DNA of 64,000 bases from Nostoc sp. B(2019) (GCA_010091925.1 WVID01000006.1); one strand, 5' to 3'. Positions 9,970 to 20,937 are shown, counted from the stretch's first letter. Numbers and translations: made by a program. Notes: a model not told the origin generated them from the letters alone.

Positions 9970-11460
9970 TTAAGTACTAAAAATAACTTGCCCGTTGACT
10001 ATTGCCACTAGTTTTACTCTCAACGGCCCAGCTGTATAAGTATTCCCTGCTGCGATCGCTTTAATCTCCAATGGTTGCTGGTACTGCCCCAGTTGGCTAA
10101 CAAAGCGCAAGAAAGTACCTTCTATTTGCACACTTTCTACAATTCCGGCATTACGCGCCCGAAATTGGGAAGCGGAAATCAACAAATCTAGCCGCTGCCT
10201 CAGTTGATAAGATGTCATGGTTTTAGGATCAGCAGTGGTTGTAGCTAATATCTCGCCTTCCGAAAACACCAGTTGATTCCGCGCAGTATCAGCAAAAAAT
10301 TCTATCTGCTTTTCTCCTCTAACATAGTTGCCAGCGGAAAAAATTCGCATTACATATTCCCGACCATCCTGAATTTGCTTGCTCAATAGCTCTACCCTCT
10401 CTTCGGTAACACGTAGTAGCTCTACATTTCCAGGATTTGCACCAGGCTCGCTTAATTCGAGGTTGGCATTTCGGTTAGCTTCTTGTAAAAGTCGGATTAC
10501 AGCCTCACGGGCTGCGGTGGCTTGATTAACGCGAATCACGGCAGCTGCAAGAACTTGACCGCGAACTATAGCCAGCTTACCCAGACGCAGATCGCGGTAG
10601 GACTGATAATATTTTTCTAGTCTGGCGACTTCTTCTTCTAGATAATCTTGTTGTTTTTCTAATTCTCGAAGGCGAGATTCCCGTTTAGCAATAACTTGCT
10701 CTCGCGCTGCAACTTCTAAATTGCGTTTTTGAATCAGTCGATCTAGTTGGGCAATTTTTTGATCGCGCTGTGTAATCGCTTCTTGACGGTTAGCAAGTTC
10801 GCGATCGCGTTTTTGAATGGCTGTTTTGGCTTCGTCAATCGCTTTTTTAGCTTCGGCGTAGAGTCGTTGTCTTTCTGTTTTAAGTTGTTCAACTGCCGCT
10901 TGCAGTTCTTTTCTTTGGTTATAAAGGCTTTGCAGCTCAGCTATGGCTTGTTTATATTGAGTTACCACTTGACCCAGCTGGCTTTGAGTACCTTGGAGTT
11001 GAGCTTGGGTCTTAGCTTGTTGGCTAATAGTACGGTTTAGTTGAGCCTGCGTTTCCCTTTGTTTGGCGTTTGCCGCTTGCAAGGACTTATTAATTGCTTG
11101 CAATTCTTGCTGTGCTTTTTCTTGTTCAATTTTTGCTTGGTTTAACTCAGTCTCTACCTGGCTTTTCTGGGTTTCTGCGGTTTTTAGCTGTTCCCGTTTT
11201 TGTCTCAGGTCTGTTTGAATATCCTCTAGCTGAAAGACTCCTTTGCGTAATCCGTCATCAATAGCAAACAAAATCCCTAAAGTCGATGCTGAAATTAAAC
11301 CACCCGTAAAAATAGTTACCAGTACAGCGGTGTTTTTCGGGCGTAGGTTAAATAGTGAGAGGCGTGCCTTGCCAACTCGTGTGCCGATTCGATCGCCCAC
11401 GGTTGCAATTACGCCTCCCACAATTAAAATCGCTGCTATGAGGATGTACCCGGTGGTCAT
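9970..11460 (-). CDS. DUF3084-type coiled-coil membrane-anchored protein
   Basis: 496 aa. An N-terminal TM helix is followed by a long Q/E/K-rich coiled coil and a conserved C-terminal domain. This architecture is typical of cyanobacterial DUF3084 proteins. Confidence 0.6.
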   Translation of the reverse strand: MTTGYILIAAILIVGGVIATVGDRIGTRVGKARLSLFNLRPKNTAVLVTIFTGGLISASTLGILFAIDDGLRKGVFQLEDIQTDLRQKREQLKTAETQKSQVETELNQAKIEQEKAQQELQAINKSLQAANAKQRETQAQLNRTISQQAKTQAQLQGTQSQLGQVVTQYKQAIAELQSLYNQRKELQAAVEQLKTERQRLYAEAKKAIDEAKTAIQKRDRELANRQEAITQRDQKIAQLDRLIQKRNLEVAAREQVIAKRESRLRELEKQQDYLEEEVARLEKYYQSYRDLRLGKLAIVRGQVLAAAVIRVNQATAAREAVIRLLQEANRNANLELSEPGANPGNVELLRVTEERVELLSKQIQDGREYVMRIFSAGNYVRGEKQIEFFADTARNQLVFSEGEILATTTADPKTMTSYQLRQRLDLLISASQFRARNAGIVESVQIEGTFLRFVSQLGQYQQPLEIKAIAAGNTYTAGPLRVKLVAIVNGQVIFST

Positions 11461-11627
11461 CTTCAGCTACCAAAACGCTTCCAGATACAGCCTACTACTT
11501 TCAACCATTTTCTGTGGGGGAGCCTAAATTGGCAATAGCTGAAGTTACTCAATTTTTAGATTTACCTCCAATTGTGGGTGTTATTTCTAAAAACACAACA
11601 TGCACCACATATATCCCCCAATTGCTT

Positions 11628-12299
11628 TTAAGTAAATTGTCTACTCAACGTAACAGGTTTATGCACAGTAATCTTCTTCTTGTGGATAGAAATCATCTTT
11701 TTCTCACGCAAATCTCCCAGTAACCTAGTGACGGTAACGCGAGTAGAACCAATTGCCTCTGCGATCGCCTGATGAGATAGTTTCAGATCAATTGTGATCC
11801 CATCTGCACAAGGAACACCAAAATCACGACAAAGAATTAATAAAAAACTCACCAACCTAGAACCCATATCTCGGTGAGCAAGAGTTTCAATCATCATCTC
11901 TGTCTGTAAAATCCGCGAAGAAAGACCCCGCAGCATTAACATAGATAATTCTGGGTTTTCCTTGAGAGCTTGCTCAACCTGTTCAATTGGCGCCGATAGC
12001 AATTCTACAGGGGTAAATGCAACCGCATGGTAAAACCTATCTGACTTATTTCCCGTCAACAATGACAACACACCAAAAACACTATTTTCCCGCAGCAGTG
12101 CTACCGTTATTTCTTCTCCTGCCTCATATACCCTGGAAAGTTTCACAGCACCCTTGAGAAGAAAATAAACTCGTTCGGCAGGATCGCCGGGAAAAAAGAT
12201 CGTTTTGTTGCGTTCAAACGTTTCCACAACTGGCGGAAACGCCCCGGTCGCCATCTGACGAAATACATTTGCTAGGGCTTTATCTTGTGTCACGATCAT
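11628..12299 (-). CDS. ntcA: global nitrogen regulator NtcA (CRP/FNR family)
   Basis: The translation [58 protein letters not shown]...[37 protein letters not shown] is collinear with Anabaena NtcA as I recall it. The ORF track extends 13 codons further upstream, to 12338. The start is taken at MIVTQDK. Confidence 0.95.
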
Positions 12300-12387
12300 C
12301 TCCCTTCCCCTACCCAATGCCGGAAAAACAAAAACCAATTACCTAAGAATACACCTGAAAAATCAATAAAGCACCGTCAACCTTTCT

Positions 12388-12401
12388 GTACTTTCCTATA
12401 C
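12388..12401 (-). promoter_or_regulatory. candidate NtcA box GTA-N8-TAC (GTACTTTCCTATAC), 89 nt upstream of the ntcA start
   Basis: The motif is present. It matches the established NtcA consensus GTAN8TAC. An AT-rich segment resembling a -10 element (TATTGA) lies about 20 nt downstream on the ntcA strand. Confidence 0.4.
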
Positions 12402-12677
12402 TCCAACTTATTGCTTCATAACTCTTTGTTTATAATGATACATAATAGTTGATCCTTTGAGCTAGTAATTGTTGATATGTAGTGAAAAAAGATGTATTAA
12501 AAAGATTTTTTGAAGAACAATTGAAGAGATCTTGAGAATATCTTAAGAAATAAATAAGAATTTTCTGGCAGCAAAAACTCTTTCCAATATTCATTTTTAC
12601 AAATAGCGTACAAAACAAAGACAAAGTAGCCTCAGATTCTAGTATGCTCCTAGTGATTGATCGCATTCACAATTTTT

Positions 12678-13454
12678 ATGCTTAATCTAACTGGAAAAAA
12701 CGCCCTAGTTACAGGTATTGCCAATAACCGCTCGATCGCCTGGGGTATTGCCCAACAATTACACAAAGCTGGGGCGAACCTGGGTATTACTTACCTACCA
12801 GATGAACGCGGCAAGATGGAGAAAAAAGTTGCAGAATTAGTAGAACCCCTCAGCCCCAGCTTATTTCTTCCTTGCAATGTCCAAAATGACGAACAGATTC
12901 AGTCTACTTTTGAGACAATTCGCGATAAATGGGGAAAGTTAGACATTCTCATCCATTGCCTGGCCTTTGCCAATAAAGACGATTTAACAGGAGATTTTAG
13001 CCAAACTTCTCGTTCTGGCTTCAACACAGCTCTAGAAATCAGCACCTACTCGCTCGCGCAGCTAAGTGGTGCAGCTAAACCATTGATGACAGAGGGAGGT
13101 AGTATCGTCACCCTCACATATTTGGGCGGTGTCAGGGCAATCCCCAACTATAACGTCATGGGAGTTGCTAAGGCAGGTTTGGAAGCAAGTGTACGTTACT
13201 TAGCAGCTGAACTTGGTTCGCACAATATCCGGGTGAATGCCATCTCTGCGGGCCCCATCCGCACTTTGGCATCTTCGGCGGTTGGCGGAATTTTGGATAT
13301 GATTCATCACGTAGAGCAAGTAGCTCCTCTACGACGCACTGTGACTCAGCTAGAAGTGGGTAATGCTGCTGCTTTTTTATGTAGTGATTTGTCCAGCGGA
13401 ATCACCGGACAAGTCCTTTATGTAGATGCAGGATATGAAATTATGGGAATGTAA
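12678..13454 (+). CDS. fabI: enoyl-ACP reductase (NADH)
   Basis: FabI motifs are present: LTGKNALVTGIANNRSIAWGIAQ, the catalytic Y-x6-K region, and SAGPIRTLA. The ORF opens at 12657. The start was chosen at MLNLTGK. Confidence 0.85.
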   Translation: MLNLTGKNALVTGIANNRSIAWGIAQQLHKAGANLGITYLPDERGKMEKKVAELVEPLSPSLFLPCNVQNDEQIQSTFETIRDKWGKLDILIHCLAFANKDDLTGDFSQTSRSGFNTALEISTYSLAQLSGAAKPLMTEGGSIVTLTYLGGVRAIPNYNVMGVAKAGLEASVRYLAAELGSHNIRVNAISAGPIRTLASSAVGGILDMIHHVEQVAPLRRTVTQLEVGNAAAFLCSDLSSGITGQVLYVDAGYEIMGM

Positions 13455-13462
13455 TACGATTT

Positions 13463-13565
13463 GGGAATAGGGCATAGGGAATTGAGCATTGAGCATTGAG
13501 TATTAGTAAAATTCTTGCCTATTCCCCATTCCCCATTCCCCATTCCCCCCTTATCCCCATTCCCT
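13463..13565. repeat. STRR-type tandem heptamers (TTGAGCA x3; CCCCATT x4) with imperfect inverted GGGAATAGGG/CCTATTCCC arms
   Basis: The repeats were read directly. STRR1 (CCCCA[A/G]T) is a known family in heterocystous cyanobacteria. Confidence 0.8.
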
Positions 13566-14210
13566 ATGCAAATCAGCGACCGCCAAATTAATTCTTTAAA
13601 CTACGACCAGTTCACTAAAGCCCCTCGAATTGCCACTGTTCACCGCACCACTGGCGAAACCGATGTGCAAGTTACCATCAACTTAGATGGTAGAGGAACC
13701 TGCAAAGCAGCAACAGGGGTTCCATTCTTGGATCACATGTTGCATCAAATTGCCTCTCACGGACTAATTGACTTGGATGTCCAAGCCAAGGGAGACTGGG
13801 AAATTGATGATCACCACACTAATGAAGATGTGGGCATTACCTTGGGGCAAGCTTTGAATCAAGCACTAGGTGACAGAAAAGGTATTGTCCGCTTTGGTAA
13901 TTTCCTTGCACCTTTAGATGAAGCTTTAGTTCAGGTAGCGCTAGACTTTTCCGGCCGACCTCATCTTAGCTATGGCTTGCAAATTCCTACCCAGCGGGTG
14001 GGAACCTATGATACCCAACTGACACGCGAATTTTTTGTAGCGCTGGTGAACCATAGCCAAATGACACTGCACATTCGCCAACTGGATGGCATTAATTCCC
14101 ATCACATCATTGAGGCGACATTTAAGGCGTTTGCAAGAGCAACGCGGATAGCTGTAGAAATCGATCCCCGTCGTGCTGGTACGATTCCCAGTTCCAAGGG
14201 CGTTTTATAA
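13566..14210 (+). CDS. hisB: imidazoleglycerol-phosphate dehydratase
   Basis: HisB motifs are present ([29 protein letters not shown]). The start is taken at MQISDR, and the ATG lies inside the STRR array. The ORF opens at 13515. Confidence 0.85.
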   Translation: MQISDRQINSLNYDQFTKAPRIATVHRTTGETDVQVTINLDGRGTCKAATGVPFLDHMLHQIASHGLIDLDVQAKGDWEIDDHHTNEDVGITLGQALNQALGDRKGIVRFGNFLAPLDEALVQVALDFSGRPHLSYGLQIPTQRVGTYDTQLTREFFVALVNHSQMTLHIRQLDGINSHHIIEATFKAFARATRIAVEIDPRRAGTIPSSKGVL

Positions 14211-14413
14211 AGGAGATGGGAGATAGGAGATTTACTGGCTTCTGTCTCTCTCTATATAAAGCATATAAAGCTGGTTATAATTACTTAGCACGAATGAAAC
14301 TTATGGTATTAATTAGCTACTCAGTTTGTGATAATTGACAGACTAGGCGGTGATGGTTATTATCAGCCTACTGAGTAACTTGTAATTAATACTAAGTAGG
14401 TAATTGAAACCAG

Positions 14414-15379
14414 ATGAAGTCTGTTGCAGACGACGCGGATTCTCAGATGAATACCAAAGATACTCCGCCAGTAGTCCTAATCTCTGAGTTGCGAAAAGTT
14501 TATCGTACTGGCTTTTGGCTGAATCAAAAAATCGTATCCCTCAAAAGCTGTTCTTTAAAAGTTTACAAAGGGGAAACATTTGGGTTGTTGGGGCCAAATG
14601 GTGCTGGTAAAACAACCCTTTTAAAACTGCTGCTGGGTATTATTCGTCCCACTTCTGGACAAGGATTATTGTTGGGTAAGCCTCTAGGCGATCGCAGTAT
14701 TAAGCAACACGTCGGCTACCTGCCAGAAAATCCCTATTTGTATGACTATCTCACAGGCTGGGAATTTTTACAGCTAGCAGCTGGGTTATTTCAAATTCCC
14801 AAAAAGGTGCAACGCCAGCGCATTCCGCAACTGCTGGAATTAGTAGGTTTATCTCAAGCCGATGCTCGTAAAAAGCAGATTCGCCGCTACTCTAAGGGAA
14901 TGTTACAGCGTGTCGGTATGGCGCAGGCGCTTATTAATGAGCCAAAACTGGTCTTTTTAGATGAGCCTATGTCTGGACTTGATCCCGTGGGACGCTACCA
15001 AATGCGGGAAATTATCCTGGCGCTAAAAGCCGATGGTAAGACAATTTTTTTTAACAGCCATATTCTCAGTGAAGTAGAGCAAATTTGCGATCGCATTGCT
15101 ATCCTTGCTCAAGGTGAATTAATTTGCTCTGGTTCCCTCAATGAACTCTTAGGCATGAACAACATATATCATGTCAAAGGTCAAGGTGGTGATTGGGAAA
15201 TTCTTAAAAAATGGATACCCAGTTTAGTTTTCGAGCCTGATGGCTCTTGGCAAGGTACACTACAAGACAATTACTATGATTTTCTTGCCAGTCTCCGTCT
15301 CATGGAAGGACAAATTATTGCGATGAAATTGTCTCGTCACTCCCTAGAAGAATTTTTTATCCAACAGATCCAAAAATAA
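14414..15379 (+). CDS. ABC transporter ATP-binding protein (ABC-2/CcmA-like)
   Basis: Walker A (GPNGAGKTT), the ABC signature (YSKGMLQRV) and Walker B (LVFLDEP) are all present. Confidence 0.8.
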   Translation: MKSVADDADSQMNTKDTPPVVLISELRKVYRTGFWLNQKIVSLKSCSLKVYKGETFGLLGPNGAGKTTLLKLLLGIIRPTSGQGLLLGKPLGDRSIKQHVGYLPENPYLYDYLTGWEFLQLAAGLFQIPKKVQRQRIPQLLELVGLSQADARKKQIRRYSKGMLQRVGMAQALINEPKLVFLDEPMSGLDPVGRYQMREIILALKADGKTIFFNSHILSEVEQICDRIAILAQGELICSGSLNELLGMNNIYHVKGQGGDWEILKKWIPSLVFEPDGSWQGTLQDNYYDFLASLRLMEGQIIAMKLSRHSLEEFFIQQIQK

Positions 15380-15980
15380 AATAGCTCACCTAATATTAAA
15401 TTCTCCAACTATATATATATTGTTTAAAAAACTAAGTAACGTATATAAAAAGGCTTGCGACAAAGCTTTTTATATGTGTCTTCATTACGAATTACTGTCT
15501 TCGTAGCCTATTACGAGTTAGTATAACTAGTCTTGCTATCAAACAGTTTTCTCTTTTAAAATACAGGTTGTTCAATCTGTACTTACTCATTTAGCAGGTA
15601 AATTTAGTTAATGGTGTTAATAATAACTTTGCCAAAAATAACTATCTATAGGGTATTTGAAATCACCAGCAAATTGCCAGAATATTGATTTAGTTCAGAA
15701 GATTTTATTTACAAGTATATGGTTACACAGTAGACAATTTGTTCTGTAAACTAGATTTATATGCGTAAGTCCTATATTCCTTGAGGATTGTTATATTCAA
15801 GCTGGTTAAACTTTAAGTTAACTTCACTAAAAGTTCAAATTCAATCGATAACTTTACTCCGGAAAATTACACTTTTCTAGGAAAATAAGAGTGTCGGGGA
15901 ACTTGAATAATTAAGTCTAGTCAAAATAAAAATGTTTAGACAGTACTTTACCAATCGTAGTCTCAGAGTCTCAGGTAAAT

Positions 15981-17510
15981 ATGCTTAACACAGGTTTGTT
16001 GAAATTCCTCACCCAGCCAGCTGCGGGTGTGGCCTTGTTAGCGGCTGTCAATGTCGCTGTGCCATCTGCCATAGCTCAGGGACAACCAGTATTACCCACT
16101 ACACAAATAACACCACTTACGCAAATAACACCAATAACACCTACTAGACAAACACCACTGACTACACAAACATCACCTAGTATACCAATAGATACCAATT
16201 ACTCATTAGGAGGCGGCGATCGCATCCGTGTAAATGTATTTGAAGTCCCCGAATATACAGGTGAATATCAAATTCCTCCAGGTGGAGCGATTAACCTACC
16301 CTTAATTGGTAGTGTACCGGTTCTGGGGCTAACAACCGAACAAGCTTCCGATGAAATCGCCAGAAGATACTCTCGCTTTCTCAAACGTCCTCTGATTTCA
16401 ATCAACTTACTATCGCCTCGCCCTATAAACGTTTTCGTTGCCGGAGAGGTAACACGTCCAGGGGCTTATACTCTGAGTTTAAGCGGCGGCGCAGGGGACA
16501 ATCCAGGCGTACAATATCCAACTGTTTTAGCTGCACTCACCACAGCGCAGGGGACACTTGGTAGTGCGGATATGACTCAAGTGCAGTTACGGCGTAAAGT
16601 AGGACGTGGCCCAGAGCAAGTAGTCACGCTCAATTTGGAAGAACTCGTCCAAACAGGTAGGTTAACGCAGGATATTACCTTGCGGGATGGAGACACTATA
16701 GTCGTGCCAACAGCAACCACATTTGACTTGGCAAGAGCACGCAATTTATCTGCCGCTAACTTTGCCGCCAGCCAAACCACACCGCGCACCGTCGCCATTG
16801 TAGGAGAAGTCAACCGTCCTGGCGCGTATCTTGTCACTACAGGTAGCACGGAAGGAGGGAACGCCACTACTACAGGCACTAGTCAGCCAACTGGTAGCGG
16901 ACAACCAACCATAACGCGAGCAATTCAACTAGCTGGAGGAATTACGCCACAAGCAAATGTTCGCAATATTATCCTCCGCCGACCCACAAGAAGCGGCTCA
17001 GAACAAACTGTAGATATCAACCTCTGGCAACTCTTAGAGAGTGGTGATATCAATCAAGACTTGATTGTGCAAGACGGAGATACGATTTTTATTCCTACGG
17101 CAACTGAGATTAATCCAGCAGAAGCTACTCAGTTAGCTACTACTACTTTGTCTCCTGGACGCATTCAAGTTGGTGTAGTAGGTGAAGTTAAAAGGCCGGG
17201 AGCTGTAGACATTCAGCCTAATAGCTCTTTAAATCAAGCACTACTCGCAGCGGGGGGATTCAACGATGCTAGAGCTAGTAGGGCTGTTGTAGATTTGGTT
17301 AGGCTCAACCCCAATGGTTCTGTGACTAAACGTCAAGTAAAAGTGGATTTCTCCCAAGGAATTAATGAGGAAACTAATCCTATACTCCGCAATAATGACG
17401 TTGTGCTAGTTAGCCGCTCTGGCATAGCCAAGACTAGCGATACCTTAAGCGCCATATCAGGGCCTATAGGCACGATCTTAAATATTGTCAGGTTTTTCAC
17501 TGGTTTTTAG
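15981..17510 (+). CDS. Wza-like polysaccharide export protein (Poly_export plus SLBB repeats)
   Basis: 509 aa. A signal peptide and a Poly_export motif (PGGAINLPLIGSVPVLGLTTEQASDEIARRY) are present. The repeated SLBB-like segments carry DGDTIVVP and DGDTIFIP. Confidence 0.75.
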   Translation: MLNTGLLKFLTQPAAGVALLAAVNVAVPSAIAQGQPVLPTTQITPLTQITPITPTRQTPLTTQTSPSIPIDTNYSLGGGDRIRVNVFEVPEYTGEYQIPPGGAINLPLIGSVPVLGLTTEQASDEIARRYSRFLKRPLISINLLSPRPINVFVAGEVTRPGAYTLSLSGGAGDNPGVQYPTVLAALTTAQGTLGSADMTQVQLRRKVGRGPEQVVTLNLEELVQTGRLTQDITLRDGDTIVVPTATTFDLARARNLSAANFAASQTTPRTVAIVGEVNRPGAYLVTTGSTEGGNATTTGTSQPTGSGQPTITRAIQLAGGITPQANVRNIILRRPTRSGSEQTVDINLWQLLESGDINQDLIVQDGDTIFIPTATEINPAEATQLATTTLSPGRIQVGVVGEVKRPGAVDIQPNSSLNQALLAAGGFNDARASRAVVDLVRLNPNGSVTKRQVKVDFSQGINEETNPILRNNDVVLVSRSGIAKTSDTLSAISGPIGTILNIVRFFTGF

Positions 17511-17523
17511 TTAGAGCTGCAAA

Positions 17524-17556
17524 CTGGGGACGCTAATCTATCCTCCTCGTCCCCAG
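17524..17556 (+). terminator. stem-loop CTGGGGACG...CGTCCCCAG followed by ATTT
   Basis: A 9-bp perfect stem starts 14 nt after the exporter stop. Its loop is 15 nt and its U-tract is weak. Confidence 0.45.
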
Positions 17557-18236
17557 ATTTCCACAAACCTGGATTTTGACCAACAACGTTACGCTTTATT
17601 AACTCATTTAGCAGAAGTCCCACATCTCAATTTTAGGAGTGTGGGTACGCCAGTCGCCTGCGACGGGAAACCCGTCTACAGCGCTGGCTTATGAATGCGC
17701 GTGAGTTGACGACAGTTCTCCTATACTAATTGCTAATTACACAGTCTCAACTTAGAGACTGAATTATAAAAATTTGCCAAAACAGGGAAATCACAGAAGC
17801 TCTACAAATCTATGCTCCTTGTTGAAGCTTTAAAGCCTCTTTCCTTAAAGGCCAAAGTATATTGCATACAAACTAAAACCGCCATAATTCCACAGCGAAA
17901 AGACAACCAGTGGGTGGGATAGAAGTTTTTGTAGCATTTATGCAAGGCCTAAGTTTTAACTTTTAGCAAGTCCACATAAATGGCACCTGGTTGCGTAAGT
18001 AAAGTTTATGACAAAAGTACTCCTTGCCAGTGTGTGATCAAGGTGCTTTAATAGCGATCGCATTGCGCCATAATGTCCTGCATGTATAAGACGTACAAGA
18101 TGCACAGCGACTTGTCATCAGACATCGCTACTAGTGTTCATAAAATCACAGACTCAAAACATTAGACTGAAAGGTAAGACAAGGTAGTACCATGTCCTTT
18201 ACACTAAATTCTCCCAAAAGCTGAACAGGAGCATAT

Positions 18237-19079
18237 ATGGAGCCAATCATTGCTATAGTCTTAGCGCTTATAGGTTATGCCTTGGGTTCTGCAAAACTGA
18301 TTAATCAAGGTAATGAAGCCCTAGTCGAACGCTTGGGGCGGTATCATCGAAAACTTAAGTCTGGACTGAACTTTATTGTTCCCTTGCTCGATCAGGTTGT
18401 GATGGAGGATACCACGCGAGAGCAAATTTTAGACATCAAGCCTCAAAATGTGATCACCAGAGATAATATCTATTTGGAAGTTGATGCTGTTCTCTTCTGG
18501 CGCATTAGAGATATTGAGAAAAGCTTTTATGCAATTGACGATCTCCAAGGGGCGCTGACACAACTAGCAGCAACTACACTCCGAGAAATTATTGCCCAGA
18601 ACACCGTAGAGGAAACTAACATTTCCCGGTCTGAGATGGACAGAGCCATCCTAGACCAGTTGAATCAGATAACGGCAGATTGGGGAGTTGAGATTATCCG
18701 CTTAGATATTCAGAGTATTACACCGCCTGAGAGTGTACGGAGGTCAATGGAAGAACAGCGGGCAGCTGAAATTAAAAGCCGCGCTGTGATACTAGAAGCC
18801 GAAGGCGAAAGGCAAGCCGCCATTAAGAAAGCAGAAGGAACTATGACTTCAGTGCAAATAATTGCTCAAGCCTTACGTTCTAATCCTGAAAGTAAAGATA
18901 TTCTGCGGTATCTTGTAGCTCAAGATTATGTAGACGCTAGCCAAAAACTCGGTGAGAGCAATAATGCCAAAATTGTTTTTGTAGACCCAGCTAACTCGAC
19001 TGAAATGTTTCAGGAATTGATTGCCGAGTCCGTAACTCAAGAAGGTCATGGCAAAAACTCCGAAAATGGTACAACCTAA
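18237..19079 (+). CDS. SPFH/band-7 (stomatin/prohibitin-like) family protein
   Basis: 280 aa. It has an N-terminal TM helix followed by an SPFH core. Confidence 0.8.
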   Translation: MEPIIAIVLALIGYALGSAKLINQGNEALVERLGRYHRKLKSGLNFIVPLLDQVVMEDTTREQILDIKPQNVITRDNIYLEVDAVLFWRIRDIEKSFYAIDDLQGALTQLAATTLREIIAQNTVEETNISRSEMDRAILDQLNQITADWGVEIIRLDIQSITPPESVRRSMEEQRAAEIKSRAVILEAEGERQAAIKKAEGTMTSVQIIAQALRSNPESKDILRYLVAQDYVDASQKLGESNNAKIVFVDPANSTEMFQELIAESVTQEGHGKNSENGTT

Positions 19080-19936
19080 TAGTCCCCCTGCGCTGCATGG
19101 CGGAACAGTGTATCAGCTACCAGCGATACATCGCGCATTTCTTGAACATCATGAACTCGGAGGATATCAGCGCCATTAAAGATAGCAGCACAACATGCTG
19201 CTGCCGTTCCCCAAACTCGTGCTTTCGGATCTGGTTGATTTAAAATACGACCAATGAAGCTTTTACGGGATGCTCCTACCAAGATAGGGCAGTTAAGTGA
19301 TTTAAGCGATCGCAACCGCCGAAAAATTTCTAAATTTTGCTCATAGTTCTTAGCAAAGCCGATACCAGGATCGATGATGATTTTCTCCTGGTCAATACCT
19401 GTAGCACTTGCTGCTGCAATTTGATTTGCCAAAAAACTATAAATCTCTCCCAGTAAATCTTGGTAATCAGTCTGTTTTTGCATTGTTTGCGGGTTTCCCC
19501 GGATGTGCATTAAAACAATTGGCACACCTAAACTTGCGACTGTAGGCAACATTTCTAAGTCAAATGTGCCGCCAGAAATATCATTAACCATATCTGCCCC
19601 AGCTTCCACAGCAGCCTTTGCAACAGATGCCCTAGTTGTATCTACAGAAATCGGTATTGAAATCTCTGGTCGTAGTACTTGTAATATCGATAATACTCGG
19701 TCAAGTTCCTCTGCAAGAGTTATTTGCCTTGCTCCTGGTCGAGTTGATTGACCACCCACATCTATGATGTCAGCACCAGCGGCTACCAATGTTTGCGCCT
19801 GTGCTAAAGCGGCAGAGATGGTATTAAACTCACCGCCATCACTAAAACTATCAGGCGTCACATTCAAAATACCCATCAAATGAGTCCGCTGTCCCCACTC
19901 GAAACAGCGTCCCCGAATTATTAACTTATTTGGCAT
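19076..19936 (-). CDS. folP: dihydropteroate synthase
   Basis: GILNVTPDSFSDGG and the pterin-binding barrel motifs are present. Confidence 0.9.
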   Translation of the reverse strand: MPNKLIIRGRCFEWGQRTHLMGILNVTPDSFSDGGEFNTISAALAQAQTLVAAGADIIDVGGQSTRPGARQITLAEELDRVLSILQVLRPEISIPISVDTTRASVAKAAVEAGADMVNDISGGTFDLEMLPTVASLGVPIVLMHIRGNPQTMQKQTDYQDLLGEIYSFLANQIAAASATGIDQEKIIIDPGIGFAKNYEQNLEIFRRLRSLKSLNCPILVGASRKSFIGRILNQPDPKARVWGTAAACCAAIFNGADILRVHDVQEMRDVSLVADTLFRHAAQGDY

Positions 19937-20084
19937 AAACTCACACTACTAGTTACCAGGCTGAGCCTGGTAATGCCCTTACAGGAGGCTTTGCCTCACT
20001 TTTGAGCAAAAAGAGGCAGAGCCTCATTGTATGCATTCCCCGACGGAGCCAGGGAATGAGAAGACTAGAAAATAGCACAAGAAA

Positions 20085-20825
20085 TTACTGATAGTTAATA
20101 ATCTTAGCGAAACTCGCAGGTTCCAGACTTGCTCCTCCCACTAAAACACCATCAATTTCTGGTTGAGCCATGATCTCATCAATATTATTTGGCTTGACTG
20201 AGCCACCGTATTGTATTGATACATTGGGATTACCCAACTGGCTCCGAATTAAACCAATTACTCGATTTGCCTCCGTTGCTTCACAAGTGTCACCAGTGCC
20301 AATCGCCCAAATCGGTTCGTATGCAATTATCAAATTATCCTGATCAACATCTACTAAGCCTTTGTCTAATTGAGCACTAATCAGGGATTCAATTTCTCCA
20401 GCATCTCGTTGTTTTTTAGTTTCCCCAACACAGAGAATCGGAGTCAAACCATACCTTTGAGCAGCTTTGAGGCGCAAATTGACGGTTGCATCCGTTTCAC
20501 CAAAGTATTGTCGTCGTTCGCTATGACCGACAATTACAAAGCGCACACCAATTTCCGTCAGCATGGGTGCAGAAATTTCACCCGTGTAGGCTCCATTTTC
20601 TTCCCAGTGGACATTTTGCGCCCCTAACTGTATGCGGCTACCATGCAAATACTTTGACAAACTGTTTAAGTCAGTGAAAGGAGGACACAGTAACACTTCT
20701 CGCGCTTCGGGTGTTTCCTCTAAGTGGGGCAGAAATTCTCGTAAGAAATCCTCGGATTCTGCCTGGGTTTTGAACATTTTCCAGTTACCGGCAATAACTA
20801 TTTTCCGCACAGGTGATTTAGTCAA
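20085..20825 (-). CDS. tpiA: triosephosphate isomerase
   Basis: [12 protein letters not shown] and GGASLEP are present. Confidence 0.9.
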   Translation of the reverse strand: MTKSPVRKIVIAGNWKMFKTQAESEDFLREFLPHLEETPEAREVLLCPPFTDLNSLSKYLHGSRIQLGAQNVHWEENGAYTGEISAPMLTEIGVRFVIVGHSERRQYFGETDATVNLRLKAAQRYGLTPILCVGETKKQRDAGEIESLISAQLDKGLVDVDQDNLIIAYEPIWAIGTGDTCEATEANRVIGLIRSQLGNPNVSIQYGGSVKPNNIDEIMAQPEIDGVLVGGASLEPASFAKIINYQ

Positions 20826-20860
20826 GATCCTAACGCTACTAGATGCATTTTTCAGTTTAT

Positions 20861-20935
20861 GACTTTTTGGCAGTCAGGAGACAGGAGACAGGAGACAGAA
20901 GTCAAAAGTCAAGAGTCAAAGGTCAGTATTTATTC
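20861..20935. repeat. tandem heptamer array (CAGGAGA x3, then GTCAAAA/GTCAAGA variants)
   Basis: The array was read directly. It lies between the divergent tpiA and GTPase genes. Confidence 0.8.
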
Positions 20936-20937
20936 CC

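Noticed and set aside
20861-20935. CRISPR array suspected from regularly spaced repeats here and at 49190..49325, 13463..13565 and 30056..30100
   Set aside because: The unit length is 7 nt with no spacers. These are STRR-type tandem heptamers, not CRISPR direct repeats of 25-40 nt with unique spacers.
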